Shown: piece by piece, positions 1 to 8,548 of the stretch
Layout of the letters: each line of letters starts with the position of its first letter
Numbering within the stretch: the stretch's first letter is position 1
DNA from: Candidatus Multivoradales bacterium
GTDB taxonomy: Bacteria > Acidobacteriota > Thermoanaerobaculia > Multivoradales > J023
Assembly: GCA_965248925.1 (NCBI GenBank)
Contig: CBDFLE010000006.1
Location: 5,056,001 to 5,120,000, forward strand
Direction of reading: 5' to 3'
DNA: 64,000 nucleotides
Position numbers and translations under genes: made by a program
The notes under the pieces: model-generated
Told to the model about the DNA's origin: nothing
Database searches by the model: none
Seen by the model: the letters and a program-made list of their open reading frames with translations, nothing else

Positions 1-216
1 GCAAGCAGCAAAAAGCTGCATCTTGTTGGTCGGGTTCTTGGCGATCGCGCATTCGTTCTGGTAGTTGGCCAAACGTGACACGTTGACGTCGGCACTGCCG
101 GTAATCTGGGCGCTGGAGGTGAAGGTCCAGGAGAATCCGGCCAACCCGGCAAGGAGGAGCACGAGGGTGAAGGTCGGCAGTTGCAAAGAAGAGGTACGCT
201 GCGATTTGCTGATCAT
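1..216 (-). CDS. Secreted protein, 5' part only (runs off window); possibly sialidase-like/BNR beta-propeller
   Basis: Manual translation from ATG at 216: MISKSQRTSSLQLPTFTLVLLLAGLAGFSWTFTSSAQITGSADVNVSRLANYQNECAIAKNPTNKMQLFAAC. Signal-peptide-like N-terminus; the NE..IA.NPTN stretch resembles first blades of sialidase-like propellers; purine-rich AAGGGG upstream. Confidence 0.6.
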   Translation of the reverse strand, partial: MISKSQRTSSLQLPTFTLVLLLAGLAGFSWTFTSSAQITGSADVNVSRLANYQNECAIAKNPTNKMQLFAAC

Positions 217-229
217 TTCTATTTACCCC

Positions 230-700
230 TTAGATGAGTTGCGGTGGAGCCCATAGGCCGCGTTTGGCTTCCTTGGCTTGGCGCTCGGCAGCGGCCAATT
301 CGCCGTATTTGAAGTCCATATCTGTCTTTCGCCGGGCCAGTCCGGCACGCAGTACTTCGACCGCTACTTCCTGGATGCCGGTGAGCGGGTCGTCGGTGAA
401 CAGCCGGCAGGTCATCTCACCGTCTTTTGTCCGGCCTTCGAAACGCATGCGAACCGGCTTGTTGAGCACCATGTTGGAGACCATTTCGGTGGCTGCTCGG
501 GTGATCGATGCGTCTTCCGGCATCTCGAGACCGACCAAGCGGAGTTCGTACTGGCCACTGCCATAGTCGAAGACGACGAGGTCGGCACTCCTAACCTCGA
601 TGACTTTGCCGTAGAGCGAGTCTCCGGCATGGGAGGGGGCTAGTCCGGCGATGCACATCAGCAGTGTCGCCAGACCTACGGAGGTTCTTCTTTGTAGCAT
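230..700 (-). CDS. Secreted thermonuclease (SNase)-family protein with degenerate active site
   Basis: Signal peptide; G.V..V...D, LRLVGLEMPE, LRAGLA and AAERQAKEAKRGLW match the SNase fold pattern. Confidence 0.8.
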   Translation of the reverse strand: MLQRRTSVGLATLLMCIAGLAPSHAGDSLYGKVIEVRSADLVVFDYGSGQYELRLVGLEMPEDASITRAATEMVSNMVLNKPVRMRFEGRTKDGEMTCRLFTDDPLTGIQEVAVEVLRAGLARRKTDMDFKYGELAAAERQAKEAKRGLWAPPQLI

Positions 701-920
701 CTGATTTTCCTCGAAAACGTGTTTGATCCCGACGACCGAATGGCTCCGGCGGCAGAACCGTTATTGACTTGCGTGGCTTACTGCTAGATAGGACGGGCGA
801 TGATTGGAGACTCACTCACCCCTAGCGAAGAAAAAGACCGCCCCACCGCCTCGAAACCTCCTCGCCGTGGAGCCGTAGATAAAGCAACACATCACGACGA
901 ACCCACACCTTGGGGGTGAC

Positions 921-2753
921 ATGCGCCGACCAGTTCTACTTTGCCTTCTCGGATTGCTCTGGGTATCCACGGCGGCGAGCCTCGCCGAAGTCCGCGACGG
1001 CAAGATGTTCGATGCCGGGCTACGGTTGGAAGCCCCAGCGGACAACGCGCCCGAGGCCTTGGGTCAGCTGTCTGGCTGGGTTGGGGATTGGGATCTAGAG
1101 CTGGTGATCCACCGCCAGGGGCAAGAGAGCCAGCAGTCTGTCGGCATCGCCAAGGTGACTTACATGAACCGCGGTCACGGTCTGATGGAGCGCACTCGAA
1201 TCGCTGATATCGACGGCCAGGGACACTCCCAGGCGATCCTCGGCATGGTGGCGGTGAATGGCAACGGTGTTTGGACGGTCAGCGAGGGGGATAGCTGGAG
1301 GGAAGTGATCACGATTTGGAGTGGCGCCTTCGCTGGCTCCGAGCTGGTGCTGCACGACGCTGGCCGGCCAGGAGGCGGTAGCGCTCTAGTACTGAGGCGC
1401 AGGACCTATGCCCAGACCAGCGATCAGCAGCGGTCGTTGAAGATCGAAGTTTCCCGGGATTTCGGCGTCTCTTGGACTTTGGTGGGTGAGCGCACCTACC
1501 GGCGGCGGTCGCCGCGTCCGGACTTCTTTCCGGTCGGTAGCGATATTGGCCTGGCGGCTCCTGATCGCCCGGCCGGGGCTGCCGAGTTTGACTTTTTACT
1601 CGGCGAGTTCCAAGCCAGTCACTTCTTGCAGTTGCCCCAAGGACCGATCCGCCTGGCTGCCAACGCCTCCGCGGTAAGGGCGCTCGACGGTCACGGTATT
1701 CTGGAGTTCGGCTGGCATGATCTGAATCCTGCTTTGCCCAATGCCGCCACCACGATTCTGCGTATTTACAACCGATCGATGCGGCACTGGGAGAGTCTCT
1801 TTCTATCCAACCGCACCAATACGCCGTTGCATTTCGGCGGCGTGCGCGAGGGTCGGCGAATCGTCCTGCACCCGTTTGCCGCTCAGACCGGGTCGGCGAC
1901 ACTGTGGCAGTGGATCTTCTTCGACCAACGACCCGACGCTTACCGATGGAAAGGGCTGACCAGCAACGATCGTGGACGGACCCAACAGATCAGCTGGACG
2001 ATCGACTTCGTTCGCCAAGGGACCGAGCCGGCGGCCGTGGGGAGTTTCGAAGAGGTCCGTACCAGCAGCTCCGACGGTCTCAAAATCGTTGGCGATCACT
2101 ACCGAGCGGCCCTACCCGCGGCGACGACCGTGCTGCTTTTCCATCAGGCCGGCGCCAATGCTCAGGGCGAGTACGGCAGCACCGCGCGGCGCCTGGCGGA
2201 GGCAGGATTCGAGGTCTTCGCCTGGGATGCGCGCGGTGGTGGCGATCGATTCGACGCGATCAATCGCACTCTAGCGGCCAGCCCATCAGCGCGCGATCAG
2301 TCCTTCTGTGCCGCCTATCCAGACTTGCAAGCAGCCCTGCGGTATGCGGTTCTCCAGGGGTCCGGTGGGCCGATTTTCGTTGTCGGCAGCAGCTACAGCG
2401 CCGCCTTGGTGGTGCGGCTGGCCGCCGAACATGGCCCTCAGCTGGCCGGGGTCGCCGCCTTCTCGCCGGCCAGCGGCAGAATGGAAGCCTGCGCTGTCGA
2501 CACTTGGCTGCCGCTCCTTGACGACACCCCTTTGTGGGTGGCCAGGCCCGAAGTTGAAACTACCCACCCAGGGGTTATTGCTCAGGCTGAGCTGTTGGCC
2601 GAACACGGGGTCGAAGTGTTGGTGGTCGCCGACGCTAGCCACGGCGCGGCGATGCTCGACGCGGAGCGCTCCGCCGGTGATGTCGAGGAGACTTGGCAGC
2701 GGCTGCTGGCGTTCTTCGCCGATCCCAAGGCGGCTAGCGGCCCGTCGCGTTAG
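921..2753 (+). CDS. Secreted fusion: two DUF1579-like beta domains plus C-terminal alpha/beta hydrolase
   Basis: Signal peptide; repeated L..WVGDW / FDFLLGEF domain starts; LLFHQAG, WDARGGG, nucleophile elbow GSSYS and late SHGA His motif. Confidence 0.7.
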   Translation: MRRPVLLCLLGLLWVSTAASLAEVRDGKMFDAGLRLEAPADNAPEALGQLSGWVGDWDLELVIHRQGQESQQSVGIAKVTYMNRGHGLMERTRIADIDGQGHSQAILGMVAVNGNGVWTVSEGDSWREVITIWSGAFAGSELVLHDAGRPGGGSALVLRRRTYAQTSDQQRSLKIEVSRDFGVSWTLVGERTYRRRSPRPDFFPVGSDIGLAAPDRPAGAAEFDFLLGEFQASHFLQLPQGPIRLAANASAVRALDGHGILEFGWHDLNPALPNAATTILRIYNRSMRHWESLFLSNRTNTPLHFGGVREGRRIVLHPFAAQTGSATLWQWIFFDQRPDAYRWKGLTSNDRGRTQQISWTIDFVRQGTEPAAVGSFEEVRTSSSDGLKIVGDHYRAALPAATTVLLFHQAGANAQGEYGSTARRLAEAGFEVFAWDARGGGDRFDAINRTLAASPSARDQSFCAAYPDLQAALRYAVLQGSGGPIFVVGSSYSAALVVRLAAEHGPQLAGVAAFSPASGRMEACAVDTWLPLLDDTPLWVARPEVETTHPGVIAQAELLAEHGVEVLVVADASHGAAMLDAERSAGDVEETWQRLLAFFADPKAASGPSR

Positions 2754-3024
2754 AGCTGTTTTCGACTTGAACCTCGCCGCTGCGACGCTGTGGCCCTCCC
2801 TTTGGCCGATCGCATTGTGGCGGTACCTCGATCTGTTGGTTAGTCTCGCGGCCTGACCGGGCTCGGTCGGGCTTGCCGATCTTTCGTTGGCAAGAACTTG
2901 CGTCCGATGGTCCGTTGAGGGCGCAGATTACGCGTTTAACCAATAGACGCCTGGTCCGGTAGGTCTTCGTCCACAAGACGGCGAGGGTGCGCGTCCGTTC
3001 CGGCCCCACATGTCGAGTTGATGG

Positions 3025-6000
3025 ATGATCTCTAGATCGAATTCTACCTTTGGCTGGCCGTTCCTAGGGCTGGTTCTCGCTCTTGTGCTGGCCAGCCAAA
3101 TTGTCCGAGCTGACGGTCCTGAATCCGTACCGCTGGTTTTTGCGGCCGGCAGCGCGCGGGGCAACTACAGCGCCCTGGCGAGTGCCATCGCCGCGAAGAC
3201 TGAGGGTTCGCAAAGGACAATTCGGGTAAGACAAACCACCGGTTCCTATGAGAATGCCGGCCTGCTGCGCGATGGTGAAGCTGATCTCGCGCTTTTGCAG
3301 AGCGATGTTGCCTACATGGAGCACTACAACGGTCGCCCCTTTGTAGCTCTTGCGTCGGTCTACACTGAGCCGATTCACGTGATCGCCTATCGCGGTCTCG
3401 ACCTGCACCGGCTTTCCGAAGTGATTTCACTGCTGGAAGAGCGGAGCCTGACCGTCGCCGTTGGCGCTCCCGGAAGCGGCAGCAGCGCCCACGCCTTCGC
3501 TCTCTTGGACGAACTCGGTCTGGCGCCGGAGCGGATCTCTAAGCTACCTTTGTCTCTCGGGACAGCAGCTTCGGGCCTGCGTGACCGGAGTATTGATCTG
3601 GCATTCTTGACTTCCGCTGTTCCGGCGACAGTGATCAAGGAACTCGCTGATGACCGGATCATCTCGCTGCTGGACATTGATCGAGACATAGCGCAGCTAC
3701 TGCGACGCAAGAATCCCTTCTTCGTCGTGGCTGAGATTCCCTTCGAAGCCTATGGCGTCAGCAAGCGCAACGTGCAAACCCTTGGCACTCGCACACTGCT
3801 GGTAGCCCGGCCTGATCTCGACGGCGATGCCATCTGGCAAGTGCTCGACGCACTCGACTTGGTTGCTGTTGCGGCACCCGCGGAGGGGCCGCTGTCCATG
3901 CTGCGGGACCTCTCGCCATCTACTGCCTTGCGTGGTTTGCCAATTCCAGTTCACCCTGCGGCACAGCAGTACTACACAGAGAGAACCAGTCTGGTTCGCC
4001 GCTGCTTCGATGCGCTACGACGAAATGCAGCGTTGATCTTCGTGCTCGGTACGCTGGTGCTGGCTTCGTCTCGGCTTTCCCCCCTAGCCTACTTTGTGCA
4101 TCAATTTGTCTTGGGAAGAGTTCTGTTGGCCCTGGTCATGGTCTGGCTGCTGGGTTCTGTAAGTATGCACTTGATAGAGGGTTCCAAGAACAGCGCCTTC
4201 AGATCCTTTGGCTCCTCCGCGGTTGCTATCTTGCATTATTTGTTCAGTGGCCTGGAGTCCAGCTACCCGGTCACCCCCGCCGGCCACGGGATTGCTATTC
4301 TGGTGCTCTCGCTGGGTGTCGCGGTGGCGACCCTCTTCACAGCGACCTTGGTGACCTTGTTAGTCGAGCAGGCACTCAACATCAAGACCCTGCGCCGCAA
4401 GCCAATTCCCTTTCTCAAGCTCTCCGGTCATGTCGTACTAGCTGGCTGGTCAAGCCGCACGCGACGGATTATTCAACAGCTTCGCAATCCAGAATTGCGT
4501 TTCAAACCTGCTGTGGTGGTGATAGCTCCAGAGGCTACCAAGACGACAGTGAGAAGTCGCCGGGGATTTCGCGGAGTTTGGGTGGTGGAGGGAGATCGGA
4601 CTCAGGCCAGCACCTTACTCGAGGCCGATATCACCACCGCGTCTCATGCCATCGTCCTCACCGACTCCTCTGCTGACAACGGTGAAGACTTGTCGACGAT
4701 TTGCAGCAGCATGGCGATTAGGCGTCTGGCTCCAGAGATTCACACCGTGGTCGAAGTACGCGCTTCGACTGGAGCCGAACGCTTGCTCCGCGACCGGACT
4801 CGCGAGGTTGTCGATACCGAAACTCTGGCCGAACGGCTGGTGAGCCAATGTGTAATTACCCCTGGGATCGCGCAGGTGTTTGACGAGCTATTGTCTTTTG
4901 GTGCCAACTCGCAGGAAATCTATATCTTGCCACTCGAGCGCCACTTGGACGGATCGAGCTTCGCTGAGTTGCGCGTCCGGTTGCGAACCTACGAATTGAT
5001 TCTACTCGGCTATTGGCTCAGCGGTGAGCGCAGTCCGCGTCTCAATCCAGATCGACGGGCGGCCAGCATTCCCCTGAAGTTTATTAGCGGTCAGCAAGGG
5101 GACAGCCTACTAGTCCTTGCAGACTCTCCGCGAGCTCTCAACTCAAGACTCGCGCGACTGAAGCAATGGAGGACCTCGATGAGCAAGACAACACCGTTGG
5201 CAACCCTCGAGTCGCCAGCCGCAACGGCAACGCAGGATCGCGCTGTTGAGTCAGGTGACGGCCCGACGCAGCGGGCCAGCCGGATAGGGATCTGCGGTTG
5301 GAACGACCAAGCTAGAGCGGTCATTAGTCAGCTCCAAGAATCGGTGATAGCGAGCCATCAGGAATTCGAGATCACGGTGATCGACGGGCCGACAGGGGGT
5401 GGTGGCAAGCACGAGTGCAGCAGTGGCGTGCGATTTGTATTCGGCGATCCGACTCGCAGCGCGGTGCTGGAGAATGCTGGTGTTAATGATATGGAGACGT
5501 TGGTCGTGCTGGCTGATCGCGGCGGCGCGGAGAGCGAGAGATTTTCCGATCACCGTTCTTTGGTGATCTGTCTCTCCGCCAGAGACGTCAAACCCGATCT
5601 CCACCTAGTGGTCGAGGTCTTGCAATCCGCTAACCAAGAACACTTCGAGCGACTTGCCGGTGTCGAGGTGGTTTCGGTTGAGGATCTGGCCGAGAAGCTC
5701 TTGGCTCAAGCGGTGATCAGTGTCGGTATCACCAGCGTGTTTCTGGAGCTGCTGACGGCCACCGAGGATTCCAACGAGGTTTATGTCGTCCCGGTGCCCG
5801 AGCGCTGGCGGGGGAAGACGTTCAGTCATATCGCCGTTGAGGTCGAGGAGAGTGAGCTAGCGGTTGTTGTTCTGGGCTATCGGGCGATGCCCGCTGAGGG
5901 GCGGCCGGTGATAGTGCTCAATCCCCGACACCGTAAGACCGAACGCGGTGGGGTGGTTGACTGGCGGCAGCAGCCGTTGGTCAGCGAAGACGCGCTGGTG

Positions 6001-6030
6001 GTGATGGCTTTCGAGGAGCCAGACTGGTAG
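3025..6030 (+). CDS. TAXI-family solute-binding domain fused to a 2TM-pore ion channel and two RCK (TrkA-N) domains
   Basis: TAXI motifs GS..GNY, TTGSYEN, ALLQSDVA, YTEPIH, VGAPGSG, PIPVHPAA; hydrophobic helices with pore-like LFSGLESSYPVTPAG; RCK starts HVVLAGWS and IGICGWN with GD.T motifs. Confidence 0.85.
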   Translation: MISRSNSTFGWPFLGLVLALVLASQIVRADGPESVPLVFAAGSARGNYSALASAIAAKTEGSQRTIRVRQTTGSYENAGLLRDGEADLALLQSDVAYMEHYNGRPFVALASVYTEPIHVIAYRGLDLHRLSEVISLLEERSLTVAVGAPGSGSSAHAFALLDELGLAPERISKLPLSLGTAASGLRDRSIDLAFLTSAVPATVIKELADDRIISLLDIDRDIAQLLRRKNPFFVVAEIPFEAYGVSKRNVQTLGTRTLLVARPDLDGDAIWQVLDALDLVAVAAPAEGPLSMLRDLSPSTALRGLPIPVHPAAQQYYTERTSLVRRCFDALRRNAALIFVLGTLVLASSRLSPLAYFVHQFVLGRVLLALVMVWLLGSVSMHLIEGSKNSAFRSFGSSAVAILHYLFSGLESSYPVTPAGHGIAILVLSLGVAVATLFTATLVTLLVEQALNIKTLRRKPIPFLKLSGHVVLAGWSSRTRRIIQQLRNPELRFKPAVVVIAPEATKTTVRSRRGFRGVWVVEGDRTQASTLLEADITTASHAIVLTDSSADNGEDLSTICSSMAIRRLAPEIHTVVEVRASTGAERLLRDRTREVVDTETLAERLVSQCVITPGIAQVFDELLSFGANSQEIYILPLERHLDGSSFAELRVRLRTYELILLGYWLSGERSPRLNPDRRAASIPLKFISGQQGDSLLVLADSPRALNSRLARLKQWRTSMSKTTPLATLESPAATATQDRAVESGDGPTQRASRIGICGWNDQARAVISQLQESVIASHQEFEITVIDGPTGGGGKHECSSGVRFVFGDPTRSAVLENAGVNDMETLVVLADRGGAESERFSDHRSLVICLSARDVKPDLHLVVEVLQSANQEHFERLAGVEVVSVEDLAEKLLAQAVISVGITSVFLELLTATEDSNEVYVVPVPERWRGKTFSHIAVEVEESELAVVVLGYRAMPAEGRPVIVLNPRHRKTERGGVVDWRQQPLVSEDALVVMAFEEPDW

Positions 6031-6080
6031 CTCTCGTATCTCGCTGTAGTAGGATGGCTACTGACTAGGGGAGATTCTAG

Positions 6081-7046
6081 ATGATCCAGTTTTTGCAGAC
6101 CTACCGTCGGGTGGTAGCGGCGCTGAGCATTCCTGTGCTCTTGGCTCTTACTTCTTGTGCCACGGTCGACCCGCAGCCGTTTTCCAACTTTCAGCGCGCC
6201 GCGCAAACCCTGCGCGACTCTTCGGCCAGCGCGCTGAAGGCGGTGGAAAAAGAGGCCAAGACCGAGGATCTAGTGCGGGTGGCGGAAAATCCTCTGCAAT
6301 TCTCCGGGCTGCGGTTGCAGTTTCTCGAGCCGGCTTTCAACTGGACTTACCCGCAGGGGGAGAAGGCGCTGTTGTTCACCAGTCTGGCGTCGCGCAACCA
6401 GGTGGCGACCAAGCTCAATGCGGCCTTTGCCGACTATGCCGGCCTGTTGGTCAATCTGACCAGCGCTGGTCAGATGACTCAAGCGCAGCTCGATCAGCAG
6501 GTGGCCGATATCAACGCCAATGCGCAGACCGTGCTCGATGCTCTGGGTGCCAAAGTGCCGGCCGGATCGATCGAGCTGTTTTCGCATGCCGGCGTGGATC
6601 TGGCCGCGGGATTGGTAGATCGGGCTCGGCGGCGGGCCTTGGAGAAAATGTTGGCCGCCAATCAAGGGGCGGTGGATAAATTCGCCGCCCTCGGCGCCCA
6701 GCTGATGGTGGACAACAGCAACGATATCAACACTCAATACGACGATGACTTTGTCGAGCTACAGCGCGGTTTCGTACCGGCGTCGGTCGACGGCCGGGGG
6801 CCGGTTCTTGATCAGGTGCTGAGCCTCAACCAAGCGACCGGCTCGGCGATGGATCTCAGTGCGCAGCTCTACGCTTCTTACCGCCAGCTACCCGCCGCTC
6901 ACCGCCAACTGCTCGATAGCTTGAATAACCAGCGGCCGAGTTTGACCGACATCGACGATTTTCTCGGCCGTGCCACGCAGTTGGCCAAGCTGGCTGAGCA
7001 GGTGGTAGCAGAAAAGAAGAAGCCGGCGAATTCGCCGGCCAACTAG
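6081..7046 (+). CDS. Helical lipoprotein of unknown function
   Basis: Lipobox-like LALTSC after a basic/hydrophobic N-terminus; GGGGAG RBS; Ala/Leu/Gln-rich helical composition. Confidence 0.75.
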   Translation: MIQFLQTYRRVVAALSIPVLLALTSCATVDPQPFSNFQRAAQTLRDSSASALKAVEKEAKTEDLVRVAENPLQFSGLRLQFLEPAFNWTYPQGEKALLFTSLASRNQVATKLNAAFADYAGLLVNLTSAGQMTQAQLDQQVADINANAQTVLDALGAKVPAGSIELFSHAGVDLAAGLVDRARRRALEKMLAANQGAVDKFAALGAQLMVDNSNDINTQYDDDFVELQRGFVPASVDGRGPVLDQVLSLNQATGSAMDLSAQLYASYRQLPAAHRQLLDSLNNQRPSLTDIDDFLGRATQLAKLAEQVVAEKKKPANSPAN

Positions 7047-7081
7047 CGGCTTACCCAGACCCAACCCGCAAAGGAACACTC

Positions 7082-7456
7082 ATGGCGGACCAAGAACTCA
7101 ATCCCCTCCTGGGCGCAGCTGATCGGCGAGAGTTGATGCGCCAAGCGAACCGCATGCGTGGCAAGTTGATCGATCTCGAACTGGTGCTCTCGGTCAACAA
7201 CCTGCAAGATGAACTGGCCAAGGTGCGCGAACAGGAAAAGAAATTGTCGGCTGAAATTCGCCAGCTGCGAATTCAGATCGCCTCAGACTGGCGCGCCGAC
7301 GCTAGCGAGCTATTGCCGCAGATCGCCGAGGCCAACAGTCAAATCCAGCGGGCGATCCGCGATCTCTCCAATAAGGCAGAGACCGCCTCGCGAATCGCTA
7401 AGGTGATTGGGCTGGTGGGCAAGACCGTGGGGTTGGTCGGCGGAATACTGGCCTGA
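7082..7456 (+). CDS. Small coiled-coil protein with hydrophobic Gly-rich C-terminus
   Basis: AAGGA RBS; heptad-like sequence; ends IAKVIGLVGKTVGLVGGILA. Confidence 0.7.
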   Translation: MADQELNPLLGAADRRELMRQANRMRGKLIDLELVLSVNNLQDELAKVREQEKKLSAEIRQLRIQIASDWRADASELLPQIAEANSQIQRAIRDLSNKAETASRIAKVIGLVGKTVGLVGGILA

Positions 7457-7569
7457 GGGGTGAGGGCTGAATGCCCGGCAGCCGCAAGGGTTTCTGCAAT
7501 CGAAAATAGCGCTCGGTGAGGTGGTGGCGATCGGTGGAAGCCGACCACCACGCAGGGTGGCAGCCGAGA

Positions 7570-7971
7570 TCAGAGCGGAACGCAGGACAAGCCGAGACGT
7601 CCTCGCTTGCAGATGCCGCTGTCGAGGCCGTCGTGGGCGGCGCAGGCCGGCTGAGCTTGTGAACAGCAAGTCCCCAGCCCGGAGTCGGGGCAGCTGTACA
7701 GCAGGCCGATGCCGTCGTTGCATTTGAAGGTACAAGTGATCCCCGGCGTCTTGAAGACTGCCGCTTCTGTGTCGGCCTCGACTCGGCTGTCGAGTCTGGA
7801 GCTGGCAGCCTCGGCGCTGCCTAGCCTCTCGCCCGCCGCCGCCGCCACGGGCTCCTTCACCACATTTTCCGGTGTACCTTCAGGTGTTGCAGCATTGGGC
7901 GCTGCCGTTGCCGCTAGCACTGCTGCGCAGGCGATGGCCGTGAGCATCGACGTTTTCCACCACTTTTTCAT
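7570..7971 (-). CDS. Secreted small cysteine-rich protein
   Basis: AGGAGG 7 nt before the ATG at 7971 (MKKWWK...); signal peptide, low-complexity linker, C-terminal domain with 8 Cys. Confidence 0.7.
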   Translation of the reverse strand: MKKWWKTSMLTAIACAAVLAATAAPNAATPEGTPENVVKEPVAAAAGERLGSAEAASSRLDSRVEADTEAAVFKTPGITCTFKCNDGIGLLYSCPDSGLGTCCSQAQPACAAHDGLDSGICKRGRLGLSCVPL

Positions 7972-8062
7972 CAACAAGCCTCCTTTTCGAGCGGTCTCGG
8001 GACAGCCGTCTGCCGACCCTCTGGACCGGTCTCAGAGATCTATGCGCCAACTAGCTGCGAAG

Positions 8063-8132
8063 TGGCTAATCTGATTTGGCTAATCTGATTTGGCTAGTCT
8101 GGTTTGACTAGTTTGGTTTGGCTAGTTTGGTT
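8063..8132. repeat. 14-bp tandem repeat x5 (consensus TGGCTARTCTGRTT)
   Basis: Units start at 8063, 8077, 8091, 8105 and 8119; only one unit in the sister copy at about 11869. Confidence 0.9.
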
Positions 8133-8367
8133 TGGCAGTGGAGCCGTCCACTTCGCTAGCCGCCCAGTCGACTGGCTTGGAAGGACGGAGACCGATGTCG
8201 AATGCTCTGCTCAGGTGGGTCTGGTAGCGAGCAGCGGTCGGGCTGGCGAACAGGCGAGAATAACCGCCGCCGCGAAACACCCGCAGCGGCTCCGGCCTGG
8301 CGGCGACGACATCCGCTGACACTATGCGCGATCCGTCGGTGGCGCGCAGCGGCAGCTCGAAGGAGCC
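8122..8367 (-). pseudogene. Orphan 3' fragment of an FGE-sulfatase domain (paralogue of the end of 11872-14625)
   Basis: Translates GSFELPLRATDGSRIVSADVVAARPEPLRVFRGGGYSRLF...DIGLRPSKP, near-identical to the kinase C-terminus; no 5' part. Confidence 0.8.
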
Positions 8368-8441
8368 ACTTCGGGAGCTGTACTGTCCGCGAGCCACGGG
8401 ACGAGGAGCAAGCTCGGTCTCGCGAAACACTCACTGAAGTC

Positions 8442-8450
8442 TGCTATACT
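8442..8450 (+). promoter_or_regulatory. Possible extended -10 promoter element for the C25 gene
   Basis: TGcTATACT about 95 nt upstream of the ATG at 8546; motif match only. Confidence 0.35.
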
Positions 8451-8480
8451 GCTCTCTCTTCATGCTCCATTTGGTGGAGA

Positions 8481-8548
8481 GAGAGATGGTGGAGTGAGAG
8501 ATGGTGGAGTGAGAGATGGTGGAGTGAGAGATGGTGGAGTGAGAGATG
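8481..8548 (+). repeat. 15-bp tandem repeat x4.5 (GAGAGATGGTGGAGT) spanning the RBS and start codon
   Basis: Exact units at 8481, 8496, 8511 and 8526, plus a partial unit at 8541 that supplies the real ATG (8546). Confidence 0.95.

Larger units (their letters stand above)
7965..8367. repeat. Direct repeat copy 1 (leader of the Cys-rich gene plus 3' end of the kinase-FGE gene)
   Basis: Aligns by eye with 11771-12117; the 56-bp length difference equals four extra 14-bp units. Confidence 0.9.

Noticed and set aside
8063-8548. CRISPR array
   Set aside because: Units are 14-15 bp and directly adjacent with no spacers; no cas genes.
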